64,000 nucleotides of DNA from Chrysemys picta bellii (Eukaryota), in NCBI RefSeq assembly GCF_011386835.1, contig NC_088795.1, forward strand, positions 92,132,001 to 92,196,000, read 5' to 3'. Position 1 is the stretch's first letter. Each line of letters starts with the position of its first letter. Shown piece by piece: positions 48,677 through 61,740 of this stretch. The position numbers and the translations under genes are program-made. The notes under the pieces are model-generated. The model was not told where the DNA came from, ran no database searches, and saw only the letters and a program-made list of their open reading frames with translations.

Positions 48677-50469
48677 GATGATAATTTGTTTAGCTCTGAC
48701 AGTTGAGGATGGGAGAACTTGAAATTTGTGAGTTCAGAAGTGTGGCTCTGATGCTTTTGAGTTTGTGTTTCCCTTAGAAGAGACTGTTTTTTAAAACGAA
48801 TGTGTGTATGTGGGGAGAGAAATCTAGCGAAAAAAATGTGAGAATGGAGCAGGGAGTGGGTAGAGTGAAGCTCAAACACAGAGACTGAAAAATGGAGCAG
48901 GGAGTGGAAGAAAGGTGCATCAGTGGACTTGATTCTTCTCTCACTTACACTAGTTTTGTACTGGTGTTACTCCATTGATTTTGGTGAGATGACTCTCGAT
49001 TTACACCAGAGTAAACGAGAGGAGAAACATGCTTTGTGCGTGTGGATAGTTGTACATGTATGAACATACGCACACACCCTCTTTAAAGGGGGAATGCAAG
49101 CTTTATTTTAGAGCAGGGTGCCTCTATCTCCCTTTTAGCTTGAACAACATTAACTTTTAAAAACCGAATCACCCTCGGAGGTGCAGGAATGAATGAGTTT
49201 AAATTACATACATAAAATTTAATGAACTGCTGTTTCTGCAAATCCTATGTACCCAAAAAATAGCTGTTTGTGAGCTTCACAGACCTCAAACTCCATGAGC
49301 TTTTCCTTTCCCTAGTGAGGATGGCAGGAATTAAAGCAGTTCCTAAGTAGCTGTGAATTCTTGCATGTTTCTGTTGATATTTATCTTTCCCTGTTAGAAA
49401 CACACACCATATCTTTCTGACTTCCGACAATTGTTTGTTACAACTTAAGAAAAGTCCCTTTTAAATTTGATATTCCTGATAAAGTAGCACAGCTGACTAA
49501 GAGTGGCAAAAAATGAGACTTCGCAATGCAGATCCTAAGCTTCAGCCAAGAAGTACTCAGCACAATGGTGCAAGAGGTGCTAAAATGCTATCTCCTTGCT
49601 GCGCTTTTCTTTTTTTTTACACACTGCAAGTTAAGGAAGTTTGACAGTGGGTTAGATCGGGCTGCTTCTGCCTGTGCTAGTTGCCAGTGTGTCTAAGAGA
49701 CTATAATGGAAGCTGGAGGTTGCTGAGACCCAGGGTTGTGCTGATCAAGAAGGCAAACCTGGTCCTAAGAGATTTGATGATGAATGGTTATGACTCACCC
49801 ATGGAATCAAACTTGTTTTTAAAACTCCCTTCATTACACACAAAGTTTGTCATACCCAGACCTTCTTGAGATGCATTTTAAAGAAAAGAATCTCAATATA
49901 TAAAACATCAACTTGGAAACATCTATTGTGGTGTCCTAATGACCTCCCATCACACTTTTTTTTTCTTTTAATGCTTCCAAAAAAGAACAGCTGTTCCATC
50001 CAGGGTCCCTTGTGCCAGTGAAGCTCTTGTTGTTCTCATCCTCCTCTCCTCTGGCATCCTTCACAAAGAACGCTATTTCCAGGTCTTTTAAAATATTCAT
50101 ATTGGATAAAAATTTGTTCTTTTTAGTTTTTAGCAGACCTTTCAAACCAATGACACTTCATTAATACTTGAGATGAGCAATGATCCTGAAGTGGAACCTC
50201 AAATTCAAGCATCCTTGAACTTTTGGCAACATTTGGATGTAGATCCAGACAACGTGTCAGGTTCCCCAGCTCAGCTAGCTTTCAAATAAAATAAATCAAC
50301 CAAAGCCTGAAGCTAATTACAAATTCTAAAAGGCATGGATTATATTTTCACTGCCCTCTGTTCTTCCCGATAGAAGTGCTGAAATAGCATGACAATGCTC
50401 TCTGTACAGTTAGGGGTCTAGGAGGGTTTTTCCCTCACTATTAGTATTTGTACTACAGTAGTACATAGA

Positions 50470-50675
50470 AGCCCCACTGAGATCAGTGCAAGACTCTGTA
50501 CAAACACATAGTAAGAAACAGTCCATGCCCCAAAGGGCTTTCAGTCATAATAGATAAAACAGGTGGCCTGCGGAGAGACAGCCACAGGTAGGTAAAATGA
50601 CTTTCCCAAAGTAACACAGCAGGATAGTGGCAGAGCCAGCAATATAATCTGGGTCTGCTGAGTCTCATGCAATCT
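50470..50675. mobile_element. L2-tail and MIR-like fragments
   Basis: ctgtacaaacacatagtaagaaacagtccatgccccaaag (L2-type tail) followed by reverse-strand MIR core tgactttcccaaagtaacacagcagg. Confidence 0.5.
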
Positions 50676-50693
50676 ATTCACAGGACCAAACTG

Positions 50694-51524
50694 TAGGGTT
50701 ACCATACGTCCGGTTTTTCCCGGACATGTCCGGCTTTTCGGCAATCAAACCCCCGTCCGGGGGGAATTGCCAAAAAGCCGAACATGTCCGGGAAAATGCT
50801 GGCCGGGCACTTCCCCTCCTGCGGCGGCTCTGCTCCTCCCCTGACTCTTCAGCTCTGTTTAAGAGCCGAGCTGCCTGAGCGCTATGGGCTTCAGGCAGCC
50901 CCCGTGCCTCCGGACCCCAGCCGCAGGCCAGGCAGTTGCCCTCCCGGGCTCCGGTGGTGCAGGGTCCGGAGGCAAGGGGGCTGCCCGAAGCTGGTAGCGC
51001 TCGGGCAGTTCGGCTCTTAAACAGAGCCGAACAGTCAGGGGAGGAGCAGAGCCTCCGGCTGCGGCGGCTCTGCTCCTCCCCGACTCTTCGGCTCTGTTTA
51101 AGAGCCGAGCGCTACGGGCTTTGGGCAGCCCCCATGCCTCCGGACCCTGCGCCGCCGGAGCCTGGGAGGGGAAGCGCCCAGCCGGGGGCGCAGGGTCCGG
51201 AGGCATAGGGGCTGCCCGAAGCCCAAGCGCTACCGGCTTCACGGTTTGCCGGGCAGCCTCCAGACCCTGCGCCCCCGGCTGGGCGCTTCCCCTCCCGGGC
51301 TCCAGCTGCGCTGGGGAAGCTCCGGCCGGGGGCGCAGGGTCTGGGGGCTGCCCGGCAAACCGTGAAGCCGGTAGCGCTCGGGCAGCCCTTTTCGCGTGGC
51401 TGGGAGTGGGAGGGAGGAGGGGCGGAGTTAGGGCGGGGTTGGGCGGGGAAGGGGCGGGTCTGGGTGGGAAATGGGCGGGGCCAGGGCCCTGTGCAGGGTC
51501 CTCTTTTTTTAATTTGTAACCCTA
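50694..51524. mobile_element. Young CpG-rich non-autonomous hAT element (831 bp)
   Basis: TIRs TAGGGTTAC / GTAACCCTA; exact TSD CCAAACTG at 50686-50693 and 51525-51532; internal direct and inverted repeats. Confidence 0.95.
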
Positions 51525-51744
51525 CCAAACTGCCTCACCTGGGCCAAATTCTGGCTCTGTTCCATAAGTGCAACCCCGCATATAAGGCATCTGATATTAA
51601 TCTCTGATCCTTTAACCACTTACGAATGGATTTAACAGCACATACGCTAATAGTGCCATTAATTTCAACGGGGCTACTTGTGTACATACACTTAAGCAGG
51701 TATTTGTTTGAAGGATCAGAACCTTAGAGGCTACTTCTGAAAAT

Positions 51745-51845
51745 TTGAGCCCAAGTGACCTTCCCATAGTCACCCAGCAAGCCAGTGGCAGAGTGAGAAA
51801 CAGAGCCCCTCTTCCCTGAATCCCAGTGCCTTGCTCTGAATGGAA
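51745..51845 (-). mobile_element. MIR-like fragment
   Basis: aagtgaccttcccatagtcacccagcaagccagtggcagag...cctgaatcccagt. Confidence 0.5.
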
Positions 51846-52689
51846 GACGAGATCGCCTGCTCATTGACATTGAATCATAGCTACCATGGTGACTGGATTT
51901 ACCTTTTTGTACAGGATGATTAAGTAAGTTCTTTCGTACAGGGTGTTGACCAAGAAAAGTGTCTTCTAATTTAAGATTTATTTTTTTCCAGATCAGGCAA
52001 AGCACCTATGTTAGTGACATTTCTCAAGGTTAATCAACTGAGACCCTGGGTAGGCCAGAGTAAGGAGAGAAATACTTTTATTGACTTGCGAGTAGAAGTA
52101 ACTTACATCATATTAATCTTTTCTTTAAATCAAATTTAAAGAGTTTCTGGTTTGAGATCACTGATCTCAGGGTCTCTCCTATAGGATGGAATTGGAACAA
52201 GTCTGACATATAAAAGCACGTATTGGAAAAGACATTCTGATTCTTGTGCAATGGAGATATCTGTGCAAATATTGCAACTATGAGATACACACAAGCAATA
52301 GTAGATCCTGCAAAAAAAAGGAGCAAATCCTAACTTCATCTGGAACACTAGATCCTCTTGCATCAAAGTCAGTGCACTTCCAGTGCATAAATTGGGGGAA
52401 CAGAATTTGGGGAGACTGTGCCTTGGTGGGGTACCTCTGTATGTGGAACCTACTCACCAGTGGCTCCTTGCATGACTGTATGCAAGGGCAGGTAGGGAGG
52501 ACAGAGTGACCCACCTTTTTGTAGATGTTATGGTCTTACCCTGCCTTACCCTATTGTGGGGACATGTGGCGGTAGAACCTGGAACAGTAGCTATGGAAGG
52601 GCCTAGATAAGACTACTCCCCATCTTTCCCCCGAGGATTTCCCCAGTTCCTTGTCAGTGCCCAGGGTCTTGTGAGGGGCGATTTGCTCA

Positions 52690-53181
52690 GAGCTTGTCTG
52701 CACAGGGAAGTTATTCTGGAATAAGGTAAAGTGTGAATTTAAAATGCTTATAGCTAGTCTGGAAAAACAGTGCCTTTTTCTGGTTTAATTTAATCGACTG
52801 TGATTAAGCTAAACTAAAGGAAGACACACTCTTATTTCCAGAGCAAGTGTGTCCACATGGGGAGCTATTCTGGAATAGTTGTTGTAGAATACCTTATTCT
52901 GTAATAGAGAGACAAGGTAGGTGAGGGAGTGTCTTTTATTGGACCAACTTCTGTTGATGAAAGAGACACGTTTTTAAGCTACACAGAGCTCTTCTTCAGG
53001 TCTGTGTAGCTCAATAGTGGGTCTCTTTCACCAACAAAAGTTGGTCCAATATAAGGTATTACTTCATCTACCTTTTCACTCTACTATCCTGGGACCAACA
53101 TGGCTACAACAACACTACAAACAACAATGAAAATTATTCCATAATAGCTATTGTGGTCAATTTCCCCCTGTAGACAAGCCT
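52690..53181. mobile_element. PIF/Harbinger-type MITE interrupted by a Penelope-derived hairpin
   Basis: TIRs GAGCTTGTCTGCACAGGG / CCCTGTAGACAAGCCT; flanks TCA / TTA fit a decayed 3-bp TWA TSD. Confidence 0.65.
52900..53122. mobile_element. Penelope-derived palindromic insertion
   Basis: Long inverted repeat: ttggaccaacttctgttgatgaaagagac versus gtctctttcaccaacaaaagttggtccaa (27/29), centred on the loop at 52988-53000. Confidence 0.7.
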
Positions 53182-54158
53182 TTAGTAAATAGTACCATGT
53201 ACTGAACACTGTAAACTGGAGTGGTAACTTTGATAGAACTATTCGAGTTCCTTTTTGAAAGATCTACTGTAATGCAAAGATCTAAGTCCACAGCTGTCCT
53301 TGGTGTATGATGTTGTAACATCCCCATTAAGCTTGTTTTTTTTTTTTTTTTAAAAGCAGAAAATAGTTTGCTGTGAGTCCCTTGTTATGTTTACAGCCGT
53401 TAAGATGTTAGGTATTTCTTCCCTTTTCCTCCTCCTCCTCCCCCATATATCCGCCCTAGTAAACAAAAAGTGATGACTGCTAAGAATCTTCTCTCTGCCT
53501 TCCAGGAAGAGAACTCCTTCCACTAGCAATTTAATACTGCCTAAACCACAAAAGGTACAGTCAGATTATCCTAGATAAACCAAGGACCAAACATACAGAG
53601 CACTGCAAACAACCACAAAGAAAGAATCCAATGACCAAGTCATTAATATAAATATTTGAACGCATCTGTGAATTTGTTTAGTCTGTGCCCCGTGGTTAAA
53701 AACTTTTTATCCACCGTATTTGTTTCAGGAATGGGTTTTTTTGGAACTGAAGAAAATTTCCTGTTGTAGCTGTAAGAGTATTACATATTGAAAAGCTGGT
53801 CAGTTTGGGTGGATTAGCCATCTGCATTGACAGGCTGTTACAGTAATATTTACAGAAAGCAAGCAATATTTATTTTAAATATGTCTGGATTCAGTCTGTC
53901 AGCACATCCAATACCCACCGTGTGTTGCAGTCTGCTGGACGCAAGTGTCCATGTCCCACTGGAGCTCTGAAATGTTGCTGCAGCCAATGGCCTTGGGTCA
54001 CCTTGTGTTTACATGATGTGTCTAGTTCCTCCACTGTGTAAATTTTAGCAGGAGGTGAGCCATGCATTGAATGTGCTGCTAGAATTTATTTTCTGAGCTG
54101 CTTATTCACTTCTGAAGGTGTAGGGTCATTACAATTTTAGGGAGGTGGAGTGTAATTG

Positions 54159-54232
54159 CTCTCCTTTCTGAGTCAGTACTGAACCAGCATCATTTCCTAC
54201 ATCACCTTGGTTTTCCTTGAGGGTCTGCCATC
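54159..54232. mobile_element. Possible rearranged AmnSINE1 fragment
   Basis: ctttctgagtcagtactgaacca resembles the AmnSINE1 core on +, abutting a 5S-like head end on - (gatggcagaccctcaaggaaaaccaaggtgatgtagg). Confidence 0.3.
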
Positions 54233-55398
54233 GCTGCTAATTAGACTCAAACCAGTTTAACTTGTGATGCTAACGAAATCACAGCCTGATGTGGTATGGC
54301 CGCAGGCTGATAGACTGATTGAGTCACCAAGATGTCAGAACCTGTCAAACAATACACAATTTGAAATAATTTCAAAAGTGTCTCACTGCTTTTAAAAAAA
54401 ATAATCCAGATCCATTTTATAGCAGCAACAAGGTAAAGCAGGATGTGAATTGCTAGGTAGTGTGACTGTGAGGGATCAGTGTACACCCAGAGTCTAATAT
54501 TGAAGCACTGATCCCTACGTTTGGGTACTCAATTCTGCCACTGGATATTTTGGTGCTCAGCTGCCCATTTTAGTTGCATGTTTGAGTTTCCAGATTTGGA
54601 ACAAAGCACCCAAACTTAGATACTGAAAACTGGACTCCCCATTTGGACATAATGCTATATTGTGTTAAAAAAAATCTTTAAAAACATTTCCCTCTTTCTA
54701 TTTTTCTTTTCTATACACTGTATTTTAATTGGAGGGAGAGGAAATGGGCTAATACAATTTGTACTGAGCTGGTATGGTGTCAGTCGCGTACCTTGGAATC
54801 TTTGTTAGCTAAATGGGTGTAATTTTAAAAAAGACTGTAGTGAAAAAGTTTTTTTTGTTTTTTGTTTTTGTTTTTTTTTAATTTATAATCATACGTAAAG
54901 GGGCCAATTGTCTGACAGACTTGAAGTGACTAAAGGAAAGGGGCGTGTGTGTGTGTGTGATATATATTCCTCAGAAAATGCTCAGTGTATGGAGGTGTAG
55001 AGTGGTTTCAAGGAGTAACTTTGATCAAAGTGTAATTGACATAGTGTTAGAGATTTTTTTTTTAAAAATTATTGCTATATAACATTTATATAACATTAGC
55101 ACCAAGAGCTCCATATCAGAAACTGGGCCCCATTGTGTTAGGTGCTGTAGAAAAGACAGTCCATTTTTTATCCATTATTTAATTTACAGTTTAACTGTAA
55201 CTTTCATTCTAGGAAGCATGAAAGAAAACATGCATTGTCAGCAAGATTAGGAATGTAAAGAGAAACCATCTGGGCAATTTAGGCCCAAATTTTAAATGTG
55301 TCACAAACAAATGTTATGAATCTTAACTTCAATAGATATGTTTCCATGACTTTTTAATTTCAATAGTGAAGGAATTTTCTTTGATTAAACTTTACTAG

Positions 55399-55575
55399 CA
55401 TGGTACAGTGGGTTGGGCACTGGACTAGAAATCAGGAGACCTGTATTTTATTCCCAGCTCTGTCACTACATTTCTCTTCAACTCTGGGAAAGTCATTTCA
55501 TTGTCACATGCCTCAGTTTCCCCATCTATAAAAGAGGGATACATATACTTACCATTCTTTCTAAAGTGCTTTTGT
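55399..55575 (+). mobile_element. MIR-like CORE-SINE
   Basis: gcactggactagaaatcaggagacctg...ttcccagctctgtcac...tgcctcagtttcccatctataaaa. Confidence 0.7.
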
Positions 55576-58500
55576 TCTATAGATACCCGCATGGGGCTTT
55601 ACTACAGTTAGATGAGCAAGGTCTGCTGCTGGATCTGTTAGGTCCACAGAACCTCCAGTGTAATGAGAAGTTTATTCAGTAATGTTACTTGATCTACTTT
55701 TTATTCCAGTGTCAATACTCATTTATGTTGAAAGCAATGAAACTAAAGCTGTGTAGTAAGCCAGGAAATGTTCCATTCCCCCCTACAAGGAGCCCCTGTT
55801 GGTTCAGAGTTTTGTGCAAGACACTCTGATTCACTTATGTTTTAAACTGTTTTTGCTCCTTGTTAAAGGTCAGATCATGAAGTCAACAGGTCAGGAGAAT
55901 TACTTTTTAAAGTAACAAAAATGTATTTTTAACATCCTGTGATGCTCCTTTCCCCACCCACTCCTATCCACACATGTGCAACGCTTACATGGGCACCTGA
56001 GTTACTCTTCATTTTTACCACCATTTTATCAGAGGCCATTTTCTGACCTTTGCTGGCATGAAGCAGACCCTCTTTCAGAATTTTTAGTCTCTACCAAGAC
56101 ATGCCCAGAGTGGAAATCTGAATACTTAGTCTGACCTAAAAGAGGCCTTGGGGGATCTAAGGGTTATTAAGGTCAGAGGCAAGTGTCACTAAATCCAGAC
56201 TTCTGGGCTGCTATTTACACCTTTTTATTTGATGGAACATGGTGTGAAGACAGTGTTCATTGTTTGTCATAATATGCCTGGGGCTGCTGTCAAAAAATCT
56301 CCAACTACTGCAGGCAGCAGGTTAGTAAAAATAAGATCCTGATTGGAAGCTCCCTGAAATTGGATGTGATGCTTTTAAACTGTTTTATATTTCAAAGCTG
56401 GACATTTATATTCTTGTTTTATGTCAGCAATAGCTTAAAACCAGACATTTTGATCTCAGCTAAATTGATGTGTTTAATCTGTTACTTGGTGGTTATTTTA
56501 CTTCGCTATCGCCAAGGAAATTTTATGTAAAGCATGTACAGAATTAATGTTATAAAATACAAAATATTAATCCGCCGACACAAAAAAGGTTGAAATAAAA
56601 CTATTTACAAGTGCTCCATTTCCATCCTGCCCCACACCACAGACAATAACCTCTCTCACAAAACTAAATGCCAACACAGGGGAAGGAAAAATATGTCGCC
56701 ACCCACTAACTTTCTTAAATCCTCCCCCTAATTTATTATTTGGCAGGTTTGAGTTGTCTTAGTACTGCTAGTGCCAATATTGTCTTCTCTGTTATGCAGT
56801 TTTCTTACTTTTGAAGTACGGTAGGCGGGGAAGATCATGCTGAGATATTCTTGAGATTTCTGGGTAACTAGTTATTCTTGTTTAAATATAATCAAATGAT
56901 CAAAATACTGAACAACAAACATGAAAAATACATCAAGTAATTAACAGATTTGTGGCTGCGTTTTAACATCTAGTTCAGGATGAACCCCTCCATGTCGTCT
57001 GAAGAACACAGTGTCACTATAGCCGATTGTATGAGTTATGAGGCACATAATTGCAGTACTTTGGAAATTTCACTCTGTCTTCACTTGTTGTTTTTGCACC
57101 AAACAACTTGATTCAGCCAGTATAAAAAAGTAGAGCCATTGTATAAAAGTTCTGATTTTGATTAGGCTCTTTTGCAAAGAAAACATGGACCCCTCAGTTA
57201 AAATCTGAAACCATCATAATTTTGAATTATCTGCAGTCTCACTAAGTGTGGTGCTCATTTGCTATTGAAAGGATTGTGTTTATCATTTTATTATAATAGG
57301 CAGGATTGCCTGTTTAATACCAGTGCTTGTTCTCTGGAGGCTCCTGGAAGGATTCAGAAACCAGATGTGAAGTTGACAGCTATTAATGGGGAATATTTAA
57401 GCATGTAGAACTGTCCAAATGCCAGGTTAACTCCTTGTAGAGATGTACACATAGTTAATATCTACAGTACATATCTTCTATATTTAATCATTGACGGAGA
57501 TGAGAATGTTTTGGCACTCTGGGACCACTGATGTTTAATGAGCAACATAGGCTTTCCATCATCCAATCTTTTGGGGGCAGATTTTATTTAATTAATGTTT
57601 TCAGGTCTTCCTCTTGAAATGAATTATTCGTCAGAAAAATCCTAGCTTTTATTTCATTTCTAAAATGTGTCTTGTAGAAAATGGCCCAATCCTGCCAGGT
57701 AATAATACAAATTTCCACCACGACTGGGGTCCACAGAAGCTGAGGATTCTCAGCACTTCTCTGGGTCAGGTCCATTAGCATATTTTTAGGATTGGTGGGG
57801 TAATACAGCTTAAAGCCTGAATATATGAGTTGCTGAGGACCCTCAAATCCTATTGACCATCCATAGGAGTTAAAGGCTCTCTGCACCCCAAAGCTTTGAG
57901 CCCTGAGTACCTTATTTTTCTGTCTTACTCTGAATATCCATCTCTCTGCCTAACTACTTGCATATATGACACTCAGCACGTTTAGTATCTGTGCTCCTCC
58001 CAAAAGTAAAAAAGTAATATCAAATCTCTCTCAGGCTCTCCCTCTTCCTTACCTGTGGCAGTAAGCTTGAAAAGATTGAATGTGAGTGTGTTTAATATTG
58101 TTAAGTTAATCTTAAAGCCATTAATTCCTCACTGCAAAAGTTTATAGAAATAGTAGCTCCCAGTTTTTGGTGTTACAAGATCATCACGATTATATACTTG
58201 CAGCCAATGATTTTCCAGTGATGAATAATATCAATATCTAGTGTTCTTAGTGCATATGATTATTGGGCTGGCTTCTGGTCTTCCACCTTAGCTTGCTTCC
58301 TCATTTTTGTTGCTCCTGCTCTACACCCATACTACAAGCACTACATTTAAGAGTGACATCAGTGTGTCTGAGGGAAGTAAAGCCTATCGCTGTAGCCCTG
58401 AAGCAGAAGCCTGAAATGTGCAACAAGAAACGGTTATTGATACCGTGCTGTGTCTCACAGTATTAATGATTTGGGGGGCGGGGGAAACAGAAGGTGAATC

Positions 58501-58633
58501 CACAAATTGAATTATAACCTTAGCTTTTCAAAGAAGTAGCTCTGTTAGGAAAGATAAATAAAGCAGCTCTGCTGTACTAATCCATAAGAGAAGCTGATAT
58601 TTCCCGCCTAAATTCTGACATATCCAACTAAGC

Positions 58634-58851
58634 CAGGAGTTCTTAAAGTGGGAGTCGAGACCCCTCAGGGAGTCACGAGGTTATTACATGAGGGGTCGTG
58701 AGATGTCAGCTTCCACCTCAAACTCCACTTTGCCTCCAGCATTTATAATGGTGTTAAATATATAAAAAGGTGTTTTTAATTTAGGGGAGGCGGCTGCACT
58801 CAGAGGCTTGCTATGAAAGGGGTCACCAGTATAAAAGTTTGAGAACCACTG
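58634..58851. mobile_element. hAT-Charlie-like MITE
   Basis: TIRs CAGGAGTTCTTAAA / TTTGAGAACCACTG; exact TSD AACTAAGC at 58626-58633 and 58852-58859. Confidence 0.92.
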
Positions 58852-59631
58852 AACTAAGCTGTAGCTAGCAATTTAAAACTCCCCTTACAGATTGATGATA
58901 CCACTGCAATCAAATTTTGTTTCTTTTTAACTCAGACGACAGGCCTAAAGATAGGCATGTACAATTGTAGCCTCAAAATCATCACAGAAAGAAAAAAAGG
59001 CAGAGAGAAGAGATGAGATGACAGGGAACTAGAGTGGGGGGAGAGGGGGAGGGAACCCTCTAGGACAATGATTCTCTTTTACCTATGTTTGTACAGTGCA
59101 CAACAATCCCATTTGTGATTGAGGCCTTTGGCCACTTCCATTTAAGAATGTTTTATAATAAAAAAAACGTTCTGGTGATAAAATACTATGTTTCGTTTTA
59201 AGAAAACTGTTTAACTATGGTAAAGAGTCTCATAACATGAATAAATTATGAATTTTTGTTAATTTTAAGTGTAGAATTTCAATCTTTGACCAGTATTACC
59301 ATATTTCCATATCTAGTCTTTGGAATTTAGGGAAGCAGTGGGCTGAACTCTTTCTCTGTTTGTTTGTATGCTTAATAACAAATGTGTGTGATAGGATGGC
59401 AAACACTTTTCCCCTTGTTATTAATTGGCCTGTTTTTGAAAGCACAGCATAGGTCCTTTTGTCCTTTCTCTCTAGGTATTACACAAGGGGAATGCACAAG
59501 CAGAACTATGACTTACAGAGTGGAAGTCCTTTTTGGGCCAGAGTGAGCTAGGCTTTATTGCAAAACAGTCCAGCTAGTAAAGGGAAGAATATGGGGCAGA
59601 AAGTCACATTGTGGACACCGTATGTATCTAA

Positions 59632-59906
59632 GGGCTTACCGCGCTGGTTCGGCGGCAGGCAATCGAACTTCTGGGTTCGATTTATCGCGTCTTGTCTGGA
59701 CACGATAAATCGAACTCAGAAGTGCTCCCCGTCGACTCCGGTAATCCTGCTCGCCGCGAGGAGTACGCGGAGTCGACGGGGGAGCCTGCCTGCTGGGTCT
59801 GGACCGTGGTAAGTTCGAACTAAGGTACGTCGACTTCAGCTACGTTATTCACGTAGCTGAAGTTGCGTACCTTAGTTCGATTTGGGGGTTTAGTGTAGAC
59901 CAAGCC
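59632..59906. mobile_element. Young PIF/Harbinger-type MITE with a damaged left TIR
   Basis: Right TIR TAGTGTAGACCAAGCC followed by TAA; TAA also at 59629-31; very CpG-rich with strong internal hairpins. Confidence 0.85.
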
Positions 59907-60480
59907 TAACAGAAAGTGCAGAGCCAAGAGGAATTACGCTAGAGAGAGACTTGGAGACACACAGTTAGGGGACTCTTGAGCTAAATCTAGCTTTCTCCAT
60001 TATATTCTTGATGTAATAGTTTATTTAGTAAACTCATTTAATTGAAACCTAAGAATCCCTGTTTCCTTGAGAATACTACAGAATGATTCATAGTCTGTTT
60101 AAAAAATAGGTGGCATTATTTAAGATACAACCATTAACTGAGAAGTTTGTGGGATAACCAACTATAAATGAGTTCACCCTTGTAGAAAGGATACAAACTT
60201 TTCATGTGCTTAGACAGTACATTATTTTTTATTTACACATAAGTTGCATATATGTGGGTATAGGAAAGGGGCTACTTTCCTATTACTGCATATAAGTTAA
60301 TATCTGATGTCAAAGAAGTCTGATATGCAAAACATGATATAATATTTGAATATATTTTGTTTCTTGGGCTGCACAACGTAAGGGCATTTTGAAAAGGGCC
60401 ATTCTACATTGGGATGGATCTTTGTAGGATAAGAGAAGATGTAAAACAATGTTAGGTTGTATTGATAAGATTTCACTGTA

Positions 60481-61274
60481 CCATATATACTCGATCATAA
60501 GCTGGTTTTTTTTATAAGCTGACCCGCCTCCCTCCCCATCCCCCTCCGAAGATGGATAAGTAAAAATGGAAATTTTTTTTATGACCCGTTCATAAGCCGA
60601 CCCTAATATAATTCAGGGGTCAGCAAATTTTGGCTCCTGGGCCATCAGGATAAGCTGCTAGTGGGCCAAGATGGTTTGTTTACCTCGAGCATCCGCAGGC
60701 ACGGAGGTAAACCTCAGTAAACAAAGTGTGCCGACGCGCCAGCTGCTTACCCTGATGGGCCGGGACAGCAACTGGTGGGGAAATTTTTTAGGGGGGAGAA
60801 GCTGGGAGTCAGGGCAATAACCCCTGTGACCCTCCCCCCCACATGACCCCACCCCTATCCCGGGACACCCACACTCTCCTCATCCCATCCCTTCCCATCT
60901 TATCTAGGGAGGGCCAGGGGAGGATGTCTCTGGCCTGGCTGGAGCTGCTCCGGCGGGCCGGGCCGGGCGGTGCAGCCGCAGCATGTTCTGGCAGGCCAGG
61001 CCGGGCCGGGCGGCTGCAGCCTGCCAGCCCCAGAGCTGCAGCTGCTTCGGAGGCTGGGGGGAGAACAGCATGGCCAGAAGCAGAGAGACTCTGGCCCCGC
61101 CTCTTCCCTTCTGGCTCTGCTGGCTGTGCTGCTTATCCTTGCCCCCTCTGTTGGGATGTGGGGGACGGGTTGTGTCCCACCTCTCCCTCTCTATAACCGT
61201 TCATACACCAACCCCCTTCTCTGGTGCTTCCCTTTTTTACTAAAAAAATCCAGCTTATGAACAAGTATATATGG
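60481..61274. mobile_element. Non-autonomous Tc1/mariner (pogo/Tigger-like) element
   Basis: 24-bp TIRs CCATATATACTCGATCATAAGCTG / CAGCTTATGAACAAGTATATATGG (22/24); TA TSD at 60479-80 and 61275-76. Confidence 0.9.
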
Positions 61275-61324
61275 TACTTTGCAGAATTATGCCTTCACTT
61301 TAAAAAAAACAAAAACAAAAGTTT

Positions 61325-61740
61325 GAGACTATAGAAAAGATTCAGAAAACCCTATCTACAGTGATGAAGGGATTCCGACTACGTCTTCTGAGAAAAGATT
61401 AGAGGGCTTAATCTTAAAGAAATAACATTTAAGAGGGATCAGAACCTATATAATATTTATAGAGTAGTAACGCAACAGAATCAAAACACTAAATTCATTG
61501 TATACTTGTAGTAAAGCAAGGATCACTGATTGGCAATAAAGAACACATGTAAGATGGAAATTAGAAAATATTTCTGACAACTGGATGGGGGAGCAGTTTG
61601 TCTAAAGTAGAATTGTAATATATAGTTATCGCAGTCTTGATTAGAGATGCTGAAACTGAGGACAACTAGATTTATGGGATAAAGTATAGGATAAAGTCAC
61701 TCATCTAGACTGCTGATTTAAAAGGTCCCTTCCAACTGTC
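61325..61740 (+). mobile_element. Ancient CR1/L3 3' fragment
   Basis: gaaaagattcagaaaa...gagaaaagattagaggg... ending aggtcccttccaact; heavily decayed. Confidence 0.5.

Noticed and set aside
49936-50290. Short ORFs on both strands (ILKDLEIAFF...; MSNDPEVEPQ...)
   Set aside because: No recognisable homology or flanking splice signals
50784-51607. Several overlapping 80-138 aa ORFs on both strands
   Set aside because: All lie inside the GC-rich non-autonomous hAT element, where stops are compositionally rare; no transposase motifs
53470-53560. Possible C/D box snoRNA (GTGATGA at 53470)
   Set aside because: No D box CTGA or terminal stem at a suitable distance
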